Origin: Malacoraja senta
Lineage: Eukaryota
DNA length: 64,000 bases
Assembly: GCA_038087875.1 (NCBI GenBank)
Contig: CM075977.1
Span: forward strand, 361,398,001 to 361,462,000
Direction: 5' to 3'
Shown in pieces: positions 1-13,209 of the stretch. Each line of letters opens with the position of its first letter. The first letter of the stretch is position 1. The notes under the pieces were generated by a model. The model was not told where the DNA came from. It saw only the letters and a list, made by a program, of their open reading frames with translations, and searched no databases. The translations under genes and the position numbers were made by a program.

Positions 1-926
1 ACATTAACACTACCCTATACACACTAGGGACAATTTTACATTTTATACCAAGCCAATTAACCTACAAACCTGTTGTCTTTTGAGTGTGGGAGGAAACCAA
101 AGATACATAGATACATAGATACATAGAAAATAGGTGCAGGAGTAGGCCATTCGGCCCTTCGAGCTTGCACCGCCATTCAATCTGATCATGGCTGATCATC
201 CAACTCAGTATCCCGTACCTGCCTTCTCTCCATACCCCCTGATCCCCTTAGCCACAAGGGCCACATCTAACTCCCTCTTAAATATAGCCAATGAACTGGC
301 CTCAACTACCCTCTGTGGCAGAGAGTTCCAGAGATTCACCACTCTCTGTGTGAAAACGTTTTTCCTCATCTCGGTCTTAAAGGATTTCCCCCTTATCCTT
401 AAGCTGTGACTCCTTGTCCTGGACTTCCCCAACATCGGAAACAATCTTCCTGCATCTAGCCTGTCCAACCCCATAAGAATTGTGTACGTTTCTATAAGAT
501 CCCCTCTCAATCTCCTAAATTCTAGCGAGTATAAGCCAAGTCTATCCAGTCTTTCTTCATATGAAAGTCCTGACATCCCAGGAATCAGTCTGGTGAACCT
601 TCTCTGCACTCCCTCTATGGCTATAATGTCCTTCCTCAGATTTGGAGACCAAAACTGTACGCAATACTCCAGGTGTGGTCTCACCAAGACCCTGTACAAC
701 TGCAGCAGAACCTCCCTGCTCCTATACTCAAATCCTTTTGCTATGAAAGCTAACATACCATTCGCTTTCTTCACTGCCTGCTGCACCTCGGAGATCTCGG
801 AGAAAACCCACGCAGGTCGTGGGAGAATATACAAACTCCGTACAGACAAGCACCCATAGTTAGGATAGATCCCGGGTCTCCGGCACTGTAAGGCAGTAGC
901 TCTCCCGCTACAGCACCCTGCTGCCC
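1..926 (-). mobile_element. HE1/V-SINE-type tRNA-derived SINE, split by a CR1 insertion (pieces 1-104 and 788-926)
   Basis: Both pieces match the other SINE copies (e.g. 57298-57606): 'aagccaattaacctacaaacctg...gtgtgggaggaaacc' and 'ctcggagaaaacccacgcaggtc...ctgtaaggcag...ctgccc'; 'agat' occurs on both sides of the insert. Confidence 0.85.
101..787 (-). mobile_element. CR1 (HER1-like) LINE, 5'-truncated 3' portion with open ORF2 C-terminus
   Basis: ORF 205..849 has CR1 motifs LYRVLVRPHLEYCVQFWSP, RRLRGDLIETY, FTQRVVNLWNSLP; 8-bp tandem tail (ACATAGAT) at 101-127. Confidence 0.95.
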
Positions 927-1764
927 ATCTCTACTAATTCACTCTACAGCTTCCCACAGTGTCCTTAAATATGTATGATCAGCCATGGAAAAGTTTAAGA
1001 CAAGGAAGGACAAATAAATTCTCCTCCTGTCACCACAAGGAAAATAACAAAATGCTTTTAAAAGAAAACTCATGATCATCTGCTGGTAGTAATATTATTG
1101 CCTGCCATTAGATACAGCGGTTGGCTCAGAAACTGGGTACTCGTCAGTCGATCCTGCAGTTAAAATGGTTTCAGATTAACTGTGACATGAGAGGGCAGGA
1201 ATAGGACATGAACCCTCAGTTCCTGCACTGTTTTTGTTTGATTGGGAAGGAGATCGAGAGATGCTGACTTGTACAGATAAAATAAACTAACTTCTGTTTG
1301 ATTCCAACTAGGGGTTTCAACCAAAATTCATAACTGTGCTTCCCTAATGCAGACTGCATTAGCCTTTCCCATAGAAAGGATGCCTCCTTTACCAGCCTGC
1401 AATTTAGTGAAAATTTAATGTCATTTAGAGCTCATTTTTATGTTTACCTGTAGGCTGATGTGGAACTCTATACTTTGTCCTTGGGGGAAATTCCACCACA
1501 GGTTTGTTGAATATTCATCAAACAAAATAATTTGGCTTCAGAATAATCCTTATGGCATGATTTCCCCAAATTAATCTTTTTTTTAATTAGCAGCATTTAT
1601 GTTTTAGGAAGTCCAGACAAATTTCACATGCCCTATGTATAATACAATATGCAAATTCAAGTTCTAAAGGGAAATCCGTGCTTTTTATATTTTACAATGA
1701 TTCGTAAATATGTAATCTGTTTTATGGCAATGAACATTATGAGGTGACATGCATTTATACCAAT

Positions 1765-2140
1765 AGAGTCAGACAGCAGGGAAACAAGCCCTTTGGCCCA
1801 ACCTGCCCATGCCGACAAACATGCCCCATCTACACTAGTCCCACATGTGGGCGTTTGGCCCTGTGGCCTCCAAACCTGACCTGTCCATGTACCTGTCCAA
1901 ATGTCTTTTAAATGGGGTTATAGTACCTGCCTTAACAACCTCTGCTGGCAGCTCATTCCATATATACCCTCCCCATGTATATGAAAACGTTGCCCCTCAG
2001 GTTCCTCTCTTACCTTAAACCCATATCCTCTGGTTTTTGATCCCACTAATCTGGATAAAATACTGTGCATTCATCCTAGCTATTCCCTTCATGAACTTAT
2101 GCACCTCTATAAGATCACCCCTCATCCTCCTGATCTCCTG
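1765..2140 (-). mobile_element. CR1 LINE 3' fragment (degenerate)
   Basis: RRMRGDLIEVHKFMKG in ORF 2015..2221; 3' UTR similar to other CR1 copies. Confidence 0.8.
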
Positions 2141-2915
2141 GATGCTAACCATTTTAATTTCCCTTCCCATTCCCATTGCCATACTGACCTTCCTGTCCCA
2201 GGCCTCAGAGTGAGGCCACAAGTCAGCTTACAACTCATTGGAATGAACATTGAATTTGCCCATTTTAGGTAACAACCTCCACTCCTTTTTATCCCCTTTT
2301 TCCCCTGTGCCCCACCCAGGTGCACACTCTTTTGTCCCACTACCCCCCCCCCCCCCCAGCTACATCATGTCATGAGTGATAGGAGTAGAATTAGGCCATT
2401 CGACCCATCAAGTCTATTCTGCCATTCAATCCTGGCTGATCTATCTCTCCCTCCTAACCTCATTCTCCTGCCTTCTCCCCATAACCTCTGACACCCGTAC
2501 TAATCAAGAATCTATCTATCTCTGCCTTAAAAATATCCACTGATTTTGCCACCACAGCCTTCTGTGGCAAAGAATTCAACAAATTCACCACCCCCTGACT
2601 AAAGAGATTTCTCATCTCCTTCCTAAAAGAACATCCTTTAATATCCTTTTCTCTGGCTTTACATTTCACTCCTCCTCTCTTCTTATCTGATACCCGTTTG
2701 TCACCTTTTCATCTCAAGCTTTTGTCTGTCCACCTGCCGATCAAACCTGCTCACCTGTATCCAGCTGTCACTTGTCAGGCTTTGTCCTGCTCCAACTCTT
2801 TTCCAGCTTTCTCCCCCCTACTATAATCAGTCTGAGGAGATGCTGCCTGACCCTCTGAGTTACTCCAGCACTTTGTTATTTTTTTGTACACCAGCATCTG
2901 TGGTTCCTTATGCCA
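2141..2915 (+). mobile_element. Penelope-like element 3' fragment (GIY-YIG end plus terminal repeat), interrupted by a CR1 piece at about 2365-2640
   Basis: 'aaccattttaat...ggaatgaacattgaattt' matches the Penelope C-terminus at 41367-41558; ends in the 'gatgctgcctgacc...gagttactccagcac' terminal repeat. Confidence 0.75.
2365..2640 (-). mobile_element. CR1 LINE 3' end
   Basis: ORF 2460..2669 FRKEMRNLFSQGVVNLLNSLPQKAV. Confidence 0.85.
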
Positions 2916-3602
2916 GCATGTTTTGTTATTGTCAGCAGTGCACAGATCTTTGAGAATTCTCATAAACCATATAGTTAAGTCGAGAAATTTGACTTAAATT
3001 ACTTCTATTTCACCAAACTTTAAACACATACCAGAAAGATTGAAGGGATGGATTTATTCATATATCCTTTCATCCCCAGAGCCAGACTGAATTGACACAA
3101 ACAACTGATTCTCAATCAGCTGAACTGAGTTCAATTAATTAAAACTGCATTTAGTAAAAATGGGTCAACTACATTACCTACAATTAAAGATTAACTAACA
3201 TCTAGTATGACAATGTAAACATAAATAAACATTCCCCAAAAATATTATTTGGAATAAATGTGATGCTAAATGTAAAATATTTAATATAATTACAGGAGGT
3301 TTGAATTCAACACTATGTCTTGCTTTGCAGAGAAAAAAAAGAACAAATGCAGATTCGAAACTTGTTTCCACCAATCTTAACTATGGGTTCAATTTTCAGC
3401 CACATGAGAGCATCTGGGGAATTGATGCTGACTAAAAAATGGTCGTCACACTGACATGACCGACACTGTTGAGTGTCAAGCCCAAGTCTTGGTATAACTT
3501 GTTGAAGCTTCCAATCAATAAACATGACAAATTAATGGAATCGACTTACTTCTGTGAGTTTAAGCAGAGAATATGTTGTGAGGATTTAAAATAAAATAAA
3601 TA

Positions 3603-3750
3603 CTGGAATTTATTTAAGACCCTTGACATCTCTCAGAATATCTCAAAGCTTAAGTGAAGCACTTTTGACACATGATCTGCGTAATGTAATTACAACTAAT
3701 TTGTTCAGAGGAATCTCCCACAAATATCATCATAATAATGATCAGATAGT
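3603..3750 (-). mobile_element. Ancient DeuSINE (SacSINE1/AmnSINE1-like) fragment
   Basis: 'tctcaaagcttaagtgaagcacttttga...gtaatgta...aatttg...ctcccacaaa...ataatgatcagatag' resembles the reverse Deu domain and the copy at 50497-50870. Confidence 0.5.
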
Positions 3751-5899
3751 TTTAGAAATAATAAGAAATAAGCAGAGGCCTATGCACCACAGATAATGTT
3801 TTGTGCTACTTTTGACTTGGAAGTGCTTGGTTCTGGATATTAAACATATAAATGAAGCTTTTACCGAATGGGAGTAATGACTCCAAACAGCAGACGCAGA
3901 AATTTCTACTGGAAGAAGAAAAGGTGCTGAATGTATCAAACAAATAAATGCAGCTCCGAAGTAATCCAATGGTTTTTTGAGAATGCAAAAAGGAAAGGAG
4001 ATGGATTATTTTGATTACAAAGGTTTATTTGACAAATTAAGTATATTCTACTGGGTACAAATTGTTCATTAACACTAAAGGTTTAAAACATGAAGGGGCA
4101 TTTAACAATATTGAAATTTAGAAGAGAGAGATAAAGATATTTTTACATGAAAAAGAATTCACTGCAGCTAAAAAAGACATAACAGAATGCCAATGTTTTC
4201 TAAGCTTTATCCCAGTATGCTGTCCCATCAGAAATGTCTTCCTACTGTTGAGTAAATTAAATCCATTGTCAAATAGTCAATAGATGAAGGAGTTGATGTT
4301 GGCAAGGTACATTGAACTAGAAATTCAATTGAATAACCTTTTGTTTTCCCTGTGTTCTGCAATTGAAAATGGATTCTATTCTGGAGCTCAAAGTGATAAG
4401 AAACAGTTCGCCACACTCCAGAAATCCAGTTGGACACTTACTTGAGTGAGTGACTCATGCAAACCTATAATTAGTTTTATAACATTTAGTTAAAATGTGC
4501 AGATGAAGATTGTCGTCAGAGGGCTATGACTGAAAGTCATTGATGTCCCCTGCAACTCTGTCTAACACATCCGTTTTGGTGCACTAGAATTACTGGCCCA
4601 CTATTTTAAGGAAGTGGGAATGATGATTTAAAAAATTATGTCTTCCACAGAAAAATAAACTTAAAAGTAAGCATCAAATGAGCAGTGCAATCTTGACTTA
4701 CGACATCTACGTTTAAATTGCAACCTTAAATTTGAATTTGAAGAGGATAATTGAACTAAAATGTTAGAAAGTCAGTTTAAATACAAAACTCCTTTGTGGT
4801 TCTCTGCAAATCTGACTGGCGTGATATAATCTTTACATATAATCTTCTCTAGTGCATGGAGATTCAAAGCACACCAAGGTGAAGGGGCAAGTGCTGGAAC
4901 AGTGCGGCAAATATCAAACTTGTCACAGCTCACTGATATGAGACATGAGGTTTATTTAAATCAGCCAGCTCCAACCCTGATGAAAACAGCATCAGGTTAG
5001 AGGGTGAAGGTTGAGCAAGTATGGCAGGAAAGACTGATTGTCCTGCCCCAATCTTCTAATATTGTCTGTTTATTTTTCAAATATTTCACGTTTAAGCTGT
5101 TTTCTTTTTTGTTTGTTAAAAAAAAAATATTTTGCTGACATAAATCACCCCACAGCCTAGAGCAAATTACTAGGAATGGTACATATGTGAAGAGATTTGA
5201 ATAGTAATGAAAATGCACTGCTGACAACATGAGCAATATAAATAGTTGTAATCATTGTCTAAGACAATATTCTCACATTTGGTGACACCGCTGTATGAAT
5301 GTTAATTAAAACATTTCAGCCTCTTGTAAGAACGTTTTTAAAAAGTGAGAAAGGTCGATCATCAGGAAATGGCAGAAGGTTTTACAAGTAATGTTGGGGC
5401 CAAGTGATGGAGATGGAGCAGTGGAAAAGGGATGGTAGTTGGCAACAAGAATTAGATAAGTGTTTCAAGGCTTAGGGGAAACAATTGGGCCATGGGAGAA
5501 TGGGATGGTGGCAGAAACATAATGGTAGGAGGTCACTTGTGGTGTAACCCCAATGATAAGGTGGACAATGTCTAAATTTCAGGGGTTGGAGGGAGATCGG
5601 TGATTTGGATGGCTATGTTGGCGGGACCTAAAGTATCGTGGGATTTACCATACTGTCCAACTTTACTCAACGCCAGTTGTGTGAGGCGTATCAAAGGATA
5701 GTCATACTTCGGACAACTTGGTTTAAATTCCCCCTAAAATGCTCGGTAAGGAGTATTTCATGGCAGTCAGGAGAGGGAAAGTGAGGAGGAAATGACACCG
5801 TCTTATGAGTAAATGATGCAGAAATTATATCAAGCATGCAAGGATGAATTATCATCAACAATCAAGTAAAATTTACAGAATGGTGCACTATGACTTAGA

Positions 5900-7503
5900 A
5901 ACCTCACCAGCTTTGTCAGTCTCGGGAGCGGATTACTGTGGCAGATGTAAGATTGGCCTTCCTGATACAGAAAGCAACTGGCCCGGATGGAGTCCCTGGC
6001 TGTGTTCTCAGGACTCGGGCGGCCAAGCTGGCAGAGGTACTCACGGACATTTTTAACCTCTCACTATTCCATTTTGAGGCCCCCACCTGCTTCAAGAAGA
6101 CCATTATCGCCTTAATAACTGTCATCCAGAGGCTCCACCATCCACCATAACATCCACCATCTGGAAGTACCTCGAGATTGGTGATGGCACACATTAACTC
6201 CAGCCTCCCAGCCAGCCTTGATCCACTGCAGTTTGCCCACTGCTGTAATAGGTCCACAGCAGACACCATCTCCCTGACTCTAAACTCATCTCAGGAACAC
6301 CTAGATAACATGGACATCATCATAATCATAATCATAATACTACTTTATTAGCCAAGTATGTTTTACAACTTATGGGTAATTTGATGTGCCATCTGACATC
6401 GAAGTTAGACTCCCTTCATCACCACAATCCTATCCAAACCCATCTCCAATCTCATGGAGCTAGATCAGCATACTCCTCTGCCACTGGAACCTTAACTTTC
6501 TGACCCACAGACCAATCAAACAGGATAGGTGACAACAAACCCTCTACAATAACTCGCAACTCTGATGCCCTGCAAGGATGCATTCTGAGTCCCCTATTAT
6601 GCTCCCTAAGCACTCATGACTCTGTGCCCAAATTTGGCTCCTACTACATTTGCAGATGACTCCACTGAGGTGGGCCGGATCATGAACAATGATGAGATGG
6701 AATACAGGAGGAAAATAGAGATCTTAATAACATTGTGTCAGGACAAGAACCTCTCCCTCAATGTCAGCAAGATAAAGGGGCTAGTTCTCGACTTCAGCGT
6801 GCATGGTGGAGGACATGTCTCAGTCAGCTTCACAGGTGCAGAAGTAGAAATGGTTGAGAGCTTCAAGTTCTTTGGCATCAATATTAGCCAAGGCACACCA
6901 ATGCCTTCACTTCTTCAGAAGACTGAGGAAATTCACTCTCACAAACTTCTATATGTGCACCACAGAAAGCATATGTTCGGGTTGAATCACAGCTTGGTTT
7001 GGAAACATCTCTGTCCAAGAACGCAAGAAATTGCAGTGTTGTGGATGTCGCCCAGTGCATCACACAGACCAGACTCCCCACCATTAACTCATCTACACTT
7101 CACACTGTTTCAGAAAAGCAGCCAATATAATCCAAAATTTGTCCCATCCTTCTTCTCCTTTGGGCAGAAGATACAGAAGCTTGAAAACACGCTCCACAAG
7201 ACTAAGGAACAGTTTATTCCCCTTTGTTATCATCCTTCTGAATGGTCCTCCCATAAGCTAGGTACTGTCCGATTCACCTCAATCCCATTGCTGACGTTAG
7301 CACCTGTCTCCAAAACTGGTACACTGCAATGCTGAGAAATATATTCTGCAATCTGTATAATTTCCTTTGCTTTGCATTGTCCGTCAGTTTGGTTTGATTG
7401 TATTTATGTATAGTATTATCTGATTCGATCGGATAGCATGCACTGCACCTTGGTACACATGATAATAGTACACCTAAACCTAAAGCCTAATCCTAAACCT
7501 AAA
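5900..7503 (+). mobile_element. Rex1/Babar LINE, decayed RT region through 3' tail
   Basis: KATGPDGVPGCVLR...LAEVLTDIFNLSL...PTCFKKT (ORF 5938..6150) and FADDSTEVGRIMNNDEMEYR (ORF 6616..7335); frameshifts; (CCTAAA)n-like tail at about 7472-7503; small nested minus-strand tail at about 6315-6400. Confidence 0.9.
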
Positions 7504-8842
7504 TGTTTGCTGGGCAAAGTCAATTTTCCATCATGTAATGCTGAAACAAAAGTGTTACCTGATGGAATTACTAGGCAATATTATGACATACATTATATGA
7601 TAATTACATGAGAAGAAGATTACCAGAAATTATTTATTGCATTTCTGCTGAAGTTCAGTGAGGAGGAGATTAAAGTGAACATGTCATGTCAGAAACGTTG
7701 GTTTAATAGACGAATGAATGATGCCACAAGATGGCAGAATGGGGTAAAGCGAATTTAGTATTTTCGCTTGCATGAGAGTTCAACAGGAAAAAATCTGTCA
7801 GTGTTTGAACGTTAAATACATGCAATTGGGGCCAATATTTGCATTGGTTGTTCATATGTTATTACCACTGAGGTTACTGTACTTCAGCTGAGTTGCAGAG
7901 ATTGCTGCAGGGCCCATGGTTCATTGGTTATCATTTAGATGGGCACATTAAGAAAGGGCACCCCAATCTTGCAGAGAAACTGATTAAATATTATGTCTGA
8001 TATCAATGTGCTTGTTTAAAAAAAAAATCAGTTCTGAAGGAAATTACACTTCTGCTCAAGGGTTGACCCAAATTTGCACTACCAAACCATTGCTGGTGAG
8101 GTTATGTCTTGTTTGGGTACAAATTCCAGCTGGCAACTCAAAATGTTTTAAAACATATATATAAATGAGCACAGAAAGAACTTTTCTGTGGGGTGTACTT
8201 TACTAACATTAATTTTAATATTAAAATAATAACATAGGTTAATATTTGTACTGGCAGGGAGATGCCTCCTTTCTCCACTTCATCTATTAATTCATAACAG
8301 AATTAGTTAGCCATTTGACAGGCGTTTTTTCACACCAAAGACACCAAACTTATTCATCGGATAAACCTCTATAATGATGACTATTTCTCTTAAAGAACTG
8401 CTGTCGGCCAAGTATCCTCAGCAACATTATCAATCACATTCTGTTACTACTGGCCAAATTAAAGACACCATAAAATGGAGGATCCCTGCATTTGTCAGAA
8501 TTACTTAACCCTTGTCAGCTGAAGTTTACAGGCTTTGGATGGCGCCAGCCAGTCTAGGCTCAGACTGCTATGCAGGATCCAGGTATTCTCCTTGTTTCTC
8601 CTAAATTGATAAAATGTATAGCAGTTTTGCAAACAAACCTTAAATGCATCATTTCGATTGGATCACTGCAAGGGCATTGTAAATAGTATAAATAATGTTG
8701 CGAGATGGTCATCCTGTTAATTGATGATTGGTCGAACTGTTGAGCCTTGGAGAAACTGTTTGAATCCCAGGGCACATGTAGCACTGTTTATTCTTGTTTG
8801 CTTCCTTCTAGAAGCTTCTTTCAAATACAATGTATTCAAAAT

Positions 8843-9228
8843 TGTATTATTGGGTTAGGGAACTGTCATTTATATACTGTTATTATCAACATGTTTAATT
8901 GGTTTATAAAGAGACCACCCCCATGTGGTTCAGCCCCTCAAGGTTCGGGGACCTGTAAAAAGTAGCTCCTACGAGGTCCGATGTCGATCTTCTGGAAGAA
9001 CGCTTGGGACTGCGTGACCTTTCGTAGTGTCTCTGCTTGCACGAGGCTAGAAGGACTTGGCCAAGCAGATACAAGGATCGAACCTGCGGTGGTTAGGTAT
9101 TGTATGGGGGAATTTGTGTTGTGTTATTCAAAATAAAGTTTAGTTGCTCAAGTGCTTGATTCAGTATTTTATTGACTGAAACTAGACAGGGGGGAGCTTA
9201 GAACGAGCTATTTGCACTTCGTAATACA
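8843..9228 (+). mobile_element. Probable solo LTR
   Basis: TGTATTA...TAATACA inverted termini, AATAAA about 95 bp from the 3' end, CpG-retaining; no TSD found, so the 5' boundary is uncertain. Confidence 0.5.
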
Positions 9229-9732
9229 TGGAATTTACAGCACAGAAGTGAACCAATAGGTCCACGTAATTGCTACTACTCCAGAGGAGACAATAGTGTT
9301 GAGCATAGGACTCTGTAGCAGTGAGAATGTTTAATGAACATTTTTTGCATTATTCAGTCTTATAGACTATCTGTGCATTAATGATGAGGCGCATTGTGGC
9401 CATCTTCCTCCACCCTTCCCTTAGTCCTGCGGTCAAAAGGCTCCGCTCATTGCAATAGTCAGTCACCCTTCTGCACGCCCAAGGATCTTGCAAATGGCAA
9501 TGAATGAGACCAAATTATTCGTCTCAGGTTGAGGGATGACAGGAATGTAAGTAAATTAGAAGAGTACAGATGGGTATCCCTCTGTATGGTTGAATAGAGA
9601 GAATGATTCACTTAATTCAAATATTGTGTGTAAAAAACATGAAGTAGTTGGACATCTGGAATAAAACCAGAAGAAAAAACCTCTGGAAAACATCAACAGG
9701 TCAGGTAGCATCTGGAGAAAAAGAAAGAGTAA

Positions 9733-10549
9733 AGGGGCTGTCCCAGTTGGGCGACTTAATCTGCGAGATTAGATGAGTGTCTTCGACCTTCAAACTCGCA
9801 GCATGGTAGACACGTGGTCCTAGGAGGTCCTATGAGGTCGCTGTATCTCTCCTTCATGCGCGAGGGATGTTCCCGAATACTCATGCCCTCAGCTAAGTCG
9901 CGGAAATTTCCACTAGTAAAATTTGGGTCGGCATGGTTCTTTTGAACTCGTATTGCAGTGGAGTGGGGTCGCTATTTAGTTACAGGCAGTCGAGGGCAGC
10001 CGTAGGCAATCTCCTTCGCTGACCGGGCATTTTAATTGGCTCAGTGGAGTTCTCAGGACCCAGGAAAACTGACCGGTAAGTAAAATGCCCGCCAAACTTT
10101 ATTATACTTCTTAAAAGTGTCTCCACTCCTTCTCTCCCCCCCCTCCACGCTCTCTAAAGGACTTACCTTACATTGTGGCAGCCGTTTACCTTCTTCTTCA
10201 TCGCGNNNNNNNNNNNNNNNNNNNNNNNNNNNNNNNNNNNNNNNNNNNNNNNNNNNNNNNNNNNNNNNNNNNNNNNNNNNNNNNNNNNNNNNNNNNNNNN
10301 NNNNNNNNNNNNNNNNNNNNNNNNNNNNNNNNNNNNNNNNNNNNNNNNNNNNNNNNNNNNNNNNNNNNNNNNNNNNNNNNNNNNNNNNNNNNNNNNNNNN
10401 NNNNNNNNNNNNNNNNNNNNNNNNNNNNCGCGGTTTCAACGCGGACGGTCGATCCAGCTCGCGTCTTTCCAGGCGAGTGTCCTCGAGTTTGAAGATCGAA
10501 GACACTCTTCTTAACTCGCGGATTAGGTCGCCCAAGTGGGACAGCCCCT
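9733..10549. mobile_element. PIF/Harbinger non-autonomous element (MITE), contains gap
   Basis: TIRs AGGGGCTGTCCCA(G/C)TTGGGCGAC...GTCGCCCAAGTGGGACAGCCCCT, flanked by TAA/TTA; sits within a Penelope-type short repeat. Confidence 0.85.
10206..10428. other. Assembly gap
   Basis: Run of N. Confidence 1.
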
Positions 10550-10661
10550 TTAATGATTCAGGTTCTGAAGCTCTTCAGGTTTCAGTCCTGAAACTAACTC
10601 TTCCTCTCTTCATACAGGTGCTGCCGAACTCATTTTCTGCTTTTCACCAGACAAGCATTCC

Positions 10662-11082
10662 TCACATGTTGAAACATTTTCTGCGACCAAAAATTGGTCG
10701 CCATGGAGAATGTCGATACTTTTGTTGTCGTAGGTGCAGTGGTAGTGGGGTCGCCATGTAGTTGTAGGTAGTCGAGGTAGCCAGAGGTAATTTTAGTTAA
10801 TCTCCTTTGCTGACCGGGCATTTTCATTGGCTCAATGGGGAAAGAAAACGTAAGCACGAGTTTTCAGAACCAAGGAAAACCGACCGGTAATGTTAAATGC
10901 CCGCCAACCTTCACACCTGTGTATCTCTGGCTTATTAAAAGTTGTCTGGCTTCTTAAAAGTGTCTCCACTCCTTCTCCCTTCCCCGCTCTTTTAAAGGAC
11001 TTACCGTACACTGTGCTAGCCGTCTTAACCTTCCTGTTCATCTGTATCACCTTGGCTTTGCACCATGTGAATTTCAGACAGT
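10662..11082. mobile_element. Internal fragment of a related Harbinger MITE, running into a gap
   Basis: Shares 'gctgaccgggcatttt..ttggctca' and 'gaccggtaa...aaatgcccgccaa' blocks with 10010-10200. Confidence 0.7.
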
Positions 11083-11307
11083 NNNNNNNNNNNNNNNNNN
11101 NNNNNNNNNNNNNNNNNNNNNNNNNNNNNNNNNNNNNNNNNNNNNNNNNNNNNNNNNNNNNNNNNNNNNNNNNNNNNNNNNNNNNNNNNNNNNNNNNNNN
11201 NNNNNNNNNNNNNNNNNNNNNNNNNNNNNNNNNNNNNNNNNNNNNNNNNNNNNNNNNNNNNNNNNNNNNNNNNNNNNNNNNNNNNNNNNNNNNNNNNNNN
11301 NNNNNNN
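11083..11307. other. Assembly gap
   Basis: Run of N. Confidence 1.
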
Positions 11308-11743
11308 TGATAGAATGAGTACTTTCCAGCACCATGCCTTCTATGTTGCTATAATTTATGAATAAACAATTGAATCATTACCTACTCTTCAATTTCTCAA
11401 TTTCTCAAAAGCAAAGATCTTTCTATTAATGAAGCTGAAGACCCATTAAAATGAAAAGCAGAATTGATTTCATAGTGAGGACCTCAGCTTTCAACACATG
11501 TGACAAATCAATTAATTGTCACAAATGTTAAGCTTGTTTTGAGTCTTCAATTGGTTTGGAAATTCTTTATCATTGGTATACAATATCATCGAGATTGAAT
11601 GGCTTCTACGAAGAATGGCGGGGAGTAAAATATTGAGCCATTCCCTCATTTTATATTGCTTCATTGCCACTTGTTCATTGAGTGTGGCTCCACATGGGAG
11701 TGAGATTTAAGAGACATGATATTCATCCAATATTGGTGAAGAG

Positions 11744-11908
11744 GACATCACGAGTTTACCAGATGTCCTGAGTACCTACCGTTAGCATTACGAGCCGCTA
11801 CGAGACATCCACGAACTCTTACGGACCCGCTATGGACATTCTCCGAGTTCGAATCCGGGGAAACCTCGGGAGAACGCTAGAATTACCTCATACAGTGGGA
11901 CAGGGGCT
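11744..11908. mobile_element. Harbinger MITE half copy (one TIR)
   Basis: Ends 'gaattacctcatacagtgggacaggggct', homologous to the end of 14357-14702. Confidence 0.75.
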
Positions 11909-13209
11909 TGGTGCACAGTTCATTTTATTAACAACCTCAAACTTCAAAATTAAAATAAAATCACATTAAAACTCTCCGGACTTTCATGGTGCCAGATGAG
12001 ATTTTTCCAGTCTATTGGATATTATTCTATCAATACTCCAATACACTACTAATTCACCCTTTCTATAAAGTTCTTACATGGTAACATAATAAATGTTACA
12101 GTAAATCCTGTAAGCTTAAAGGAAGTGTGGGGAACACAGCCCAGGTAAGTTTCAGAAGAGCATGGAAAATTTCAAGGGAGTAGTCAACAGAACCAAATGA
12201 GTTACAAGGCAATGTGGGAAATGCATTTCCAATGACTTTGATGGGACCATAGGAAATGAGGCGCCAATGATTTAGAAGAGAGCCCGGGAATCTGGTCCCC
12301 AGTTAACAAAAGGGCGAACAGGAGCCAAAACAGAAGCAGAACTCAATGAGCCAGATGCTGAACCACTGGGATTTTGGGATGTTTGGATGATAAATTATAC
12401 AGGTTTTAATGTATTGCAATGAAAGAAACAGAGAGACATTTGACTAATAATTGGGCAGAAACATCTAATAGTGAGAAAGATCTTGCATTTAAAAAAATTA
12501 TTCTGGTTTAGTGTAATGTTTTCAATTTTCACACTGTTTTTACGTGTTTTTGCTAAGATTTGCTGACATTTAAATTTTAAATATTAACTTTTAAAAAAAT
12601 GTTCTTCACTTTTTAATAACTTTGAGATGTCTCCCTTATAAACAGCTGAGGTGGTTGACAAAACTGTGGAGGTATTCAGGTGAGTATTTTGGCATCACCA
12701 ATACACCATAGGAAGCTCTGCTGGCACATTATAGCCATGCAATAATAGTGCTTGACAGCTCAGGCCAGGAAGATCGGCCATTCAGACAAGGTTAGTGTAG
12801 GGTGCTCGGCAAGATCCAACCCATTAGTTTTTTTTAATCAAATGGGCCTCAATACTATTTCTCATTCTTTCTTTAAGCTCCTTAGAGTTGAAATTATCAG
12901 TTATGTAAACATTTACATTAAAATATTATGCATTTTACAGCCCAGAATTTTTAGATTAAAACGTCTAAAAGATACCAGTGCAAATGCAATTAATAGTATG
13001 CTACATTGATCACTCTTTTTACAATACTGGGAATAATATCCTTTGGTGGCAAGCTTGTTGTAAGCATCAAGAACCATTTATGTGTTATCCCAAGCAAGTG
13101 TCTTCTACTGGTTTCAGAATGAGTATCAAACAAGAGCCGAAATCTTCATCAGTTTCAATTTCATGAGTTCTAAGGAACCAAATGAAATTTAAACCTTTGA
13201 TAGGTTTGA

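Noticed and set aside
9730-10553. Kolobok (TTAA) or TA-target classification of the MITEs
   Set aside because: Three other complete copies show exact TAA duplications, which fits PIF/Harbinger.
10053-11335. Long ORFs containing X runs (also 32670-33153)
   Set aside because: Artefacts of reading through N gaps.
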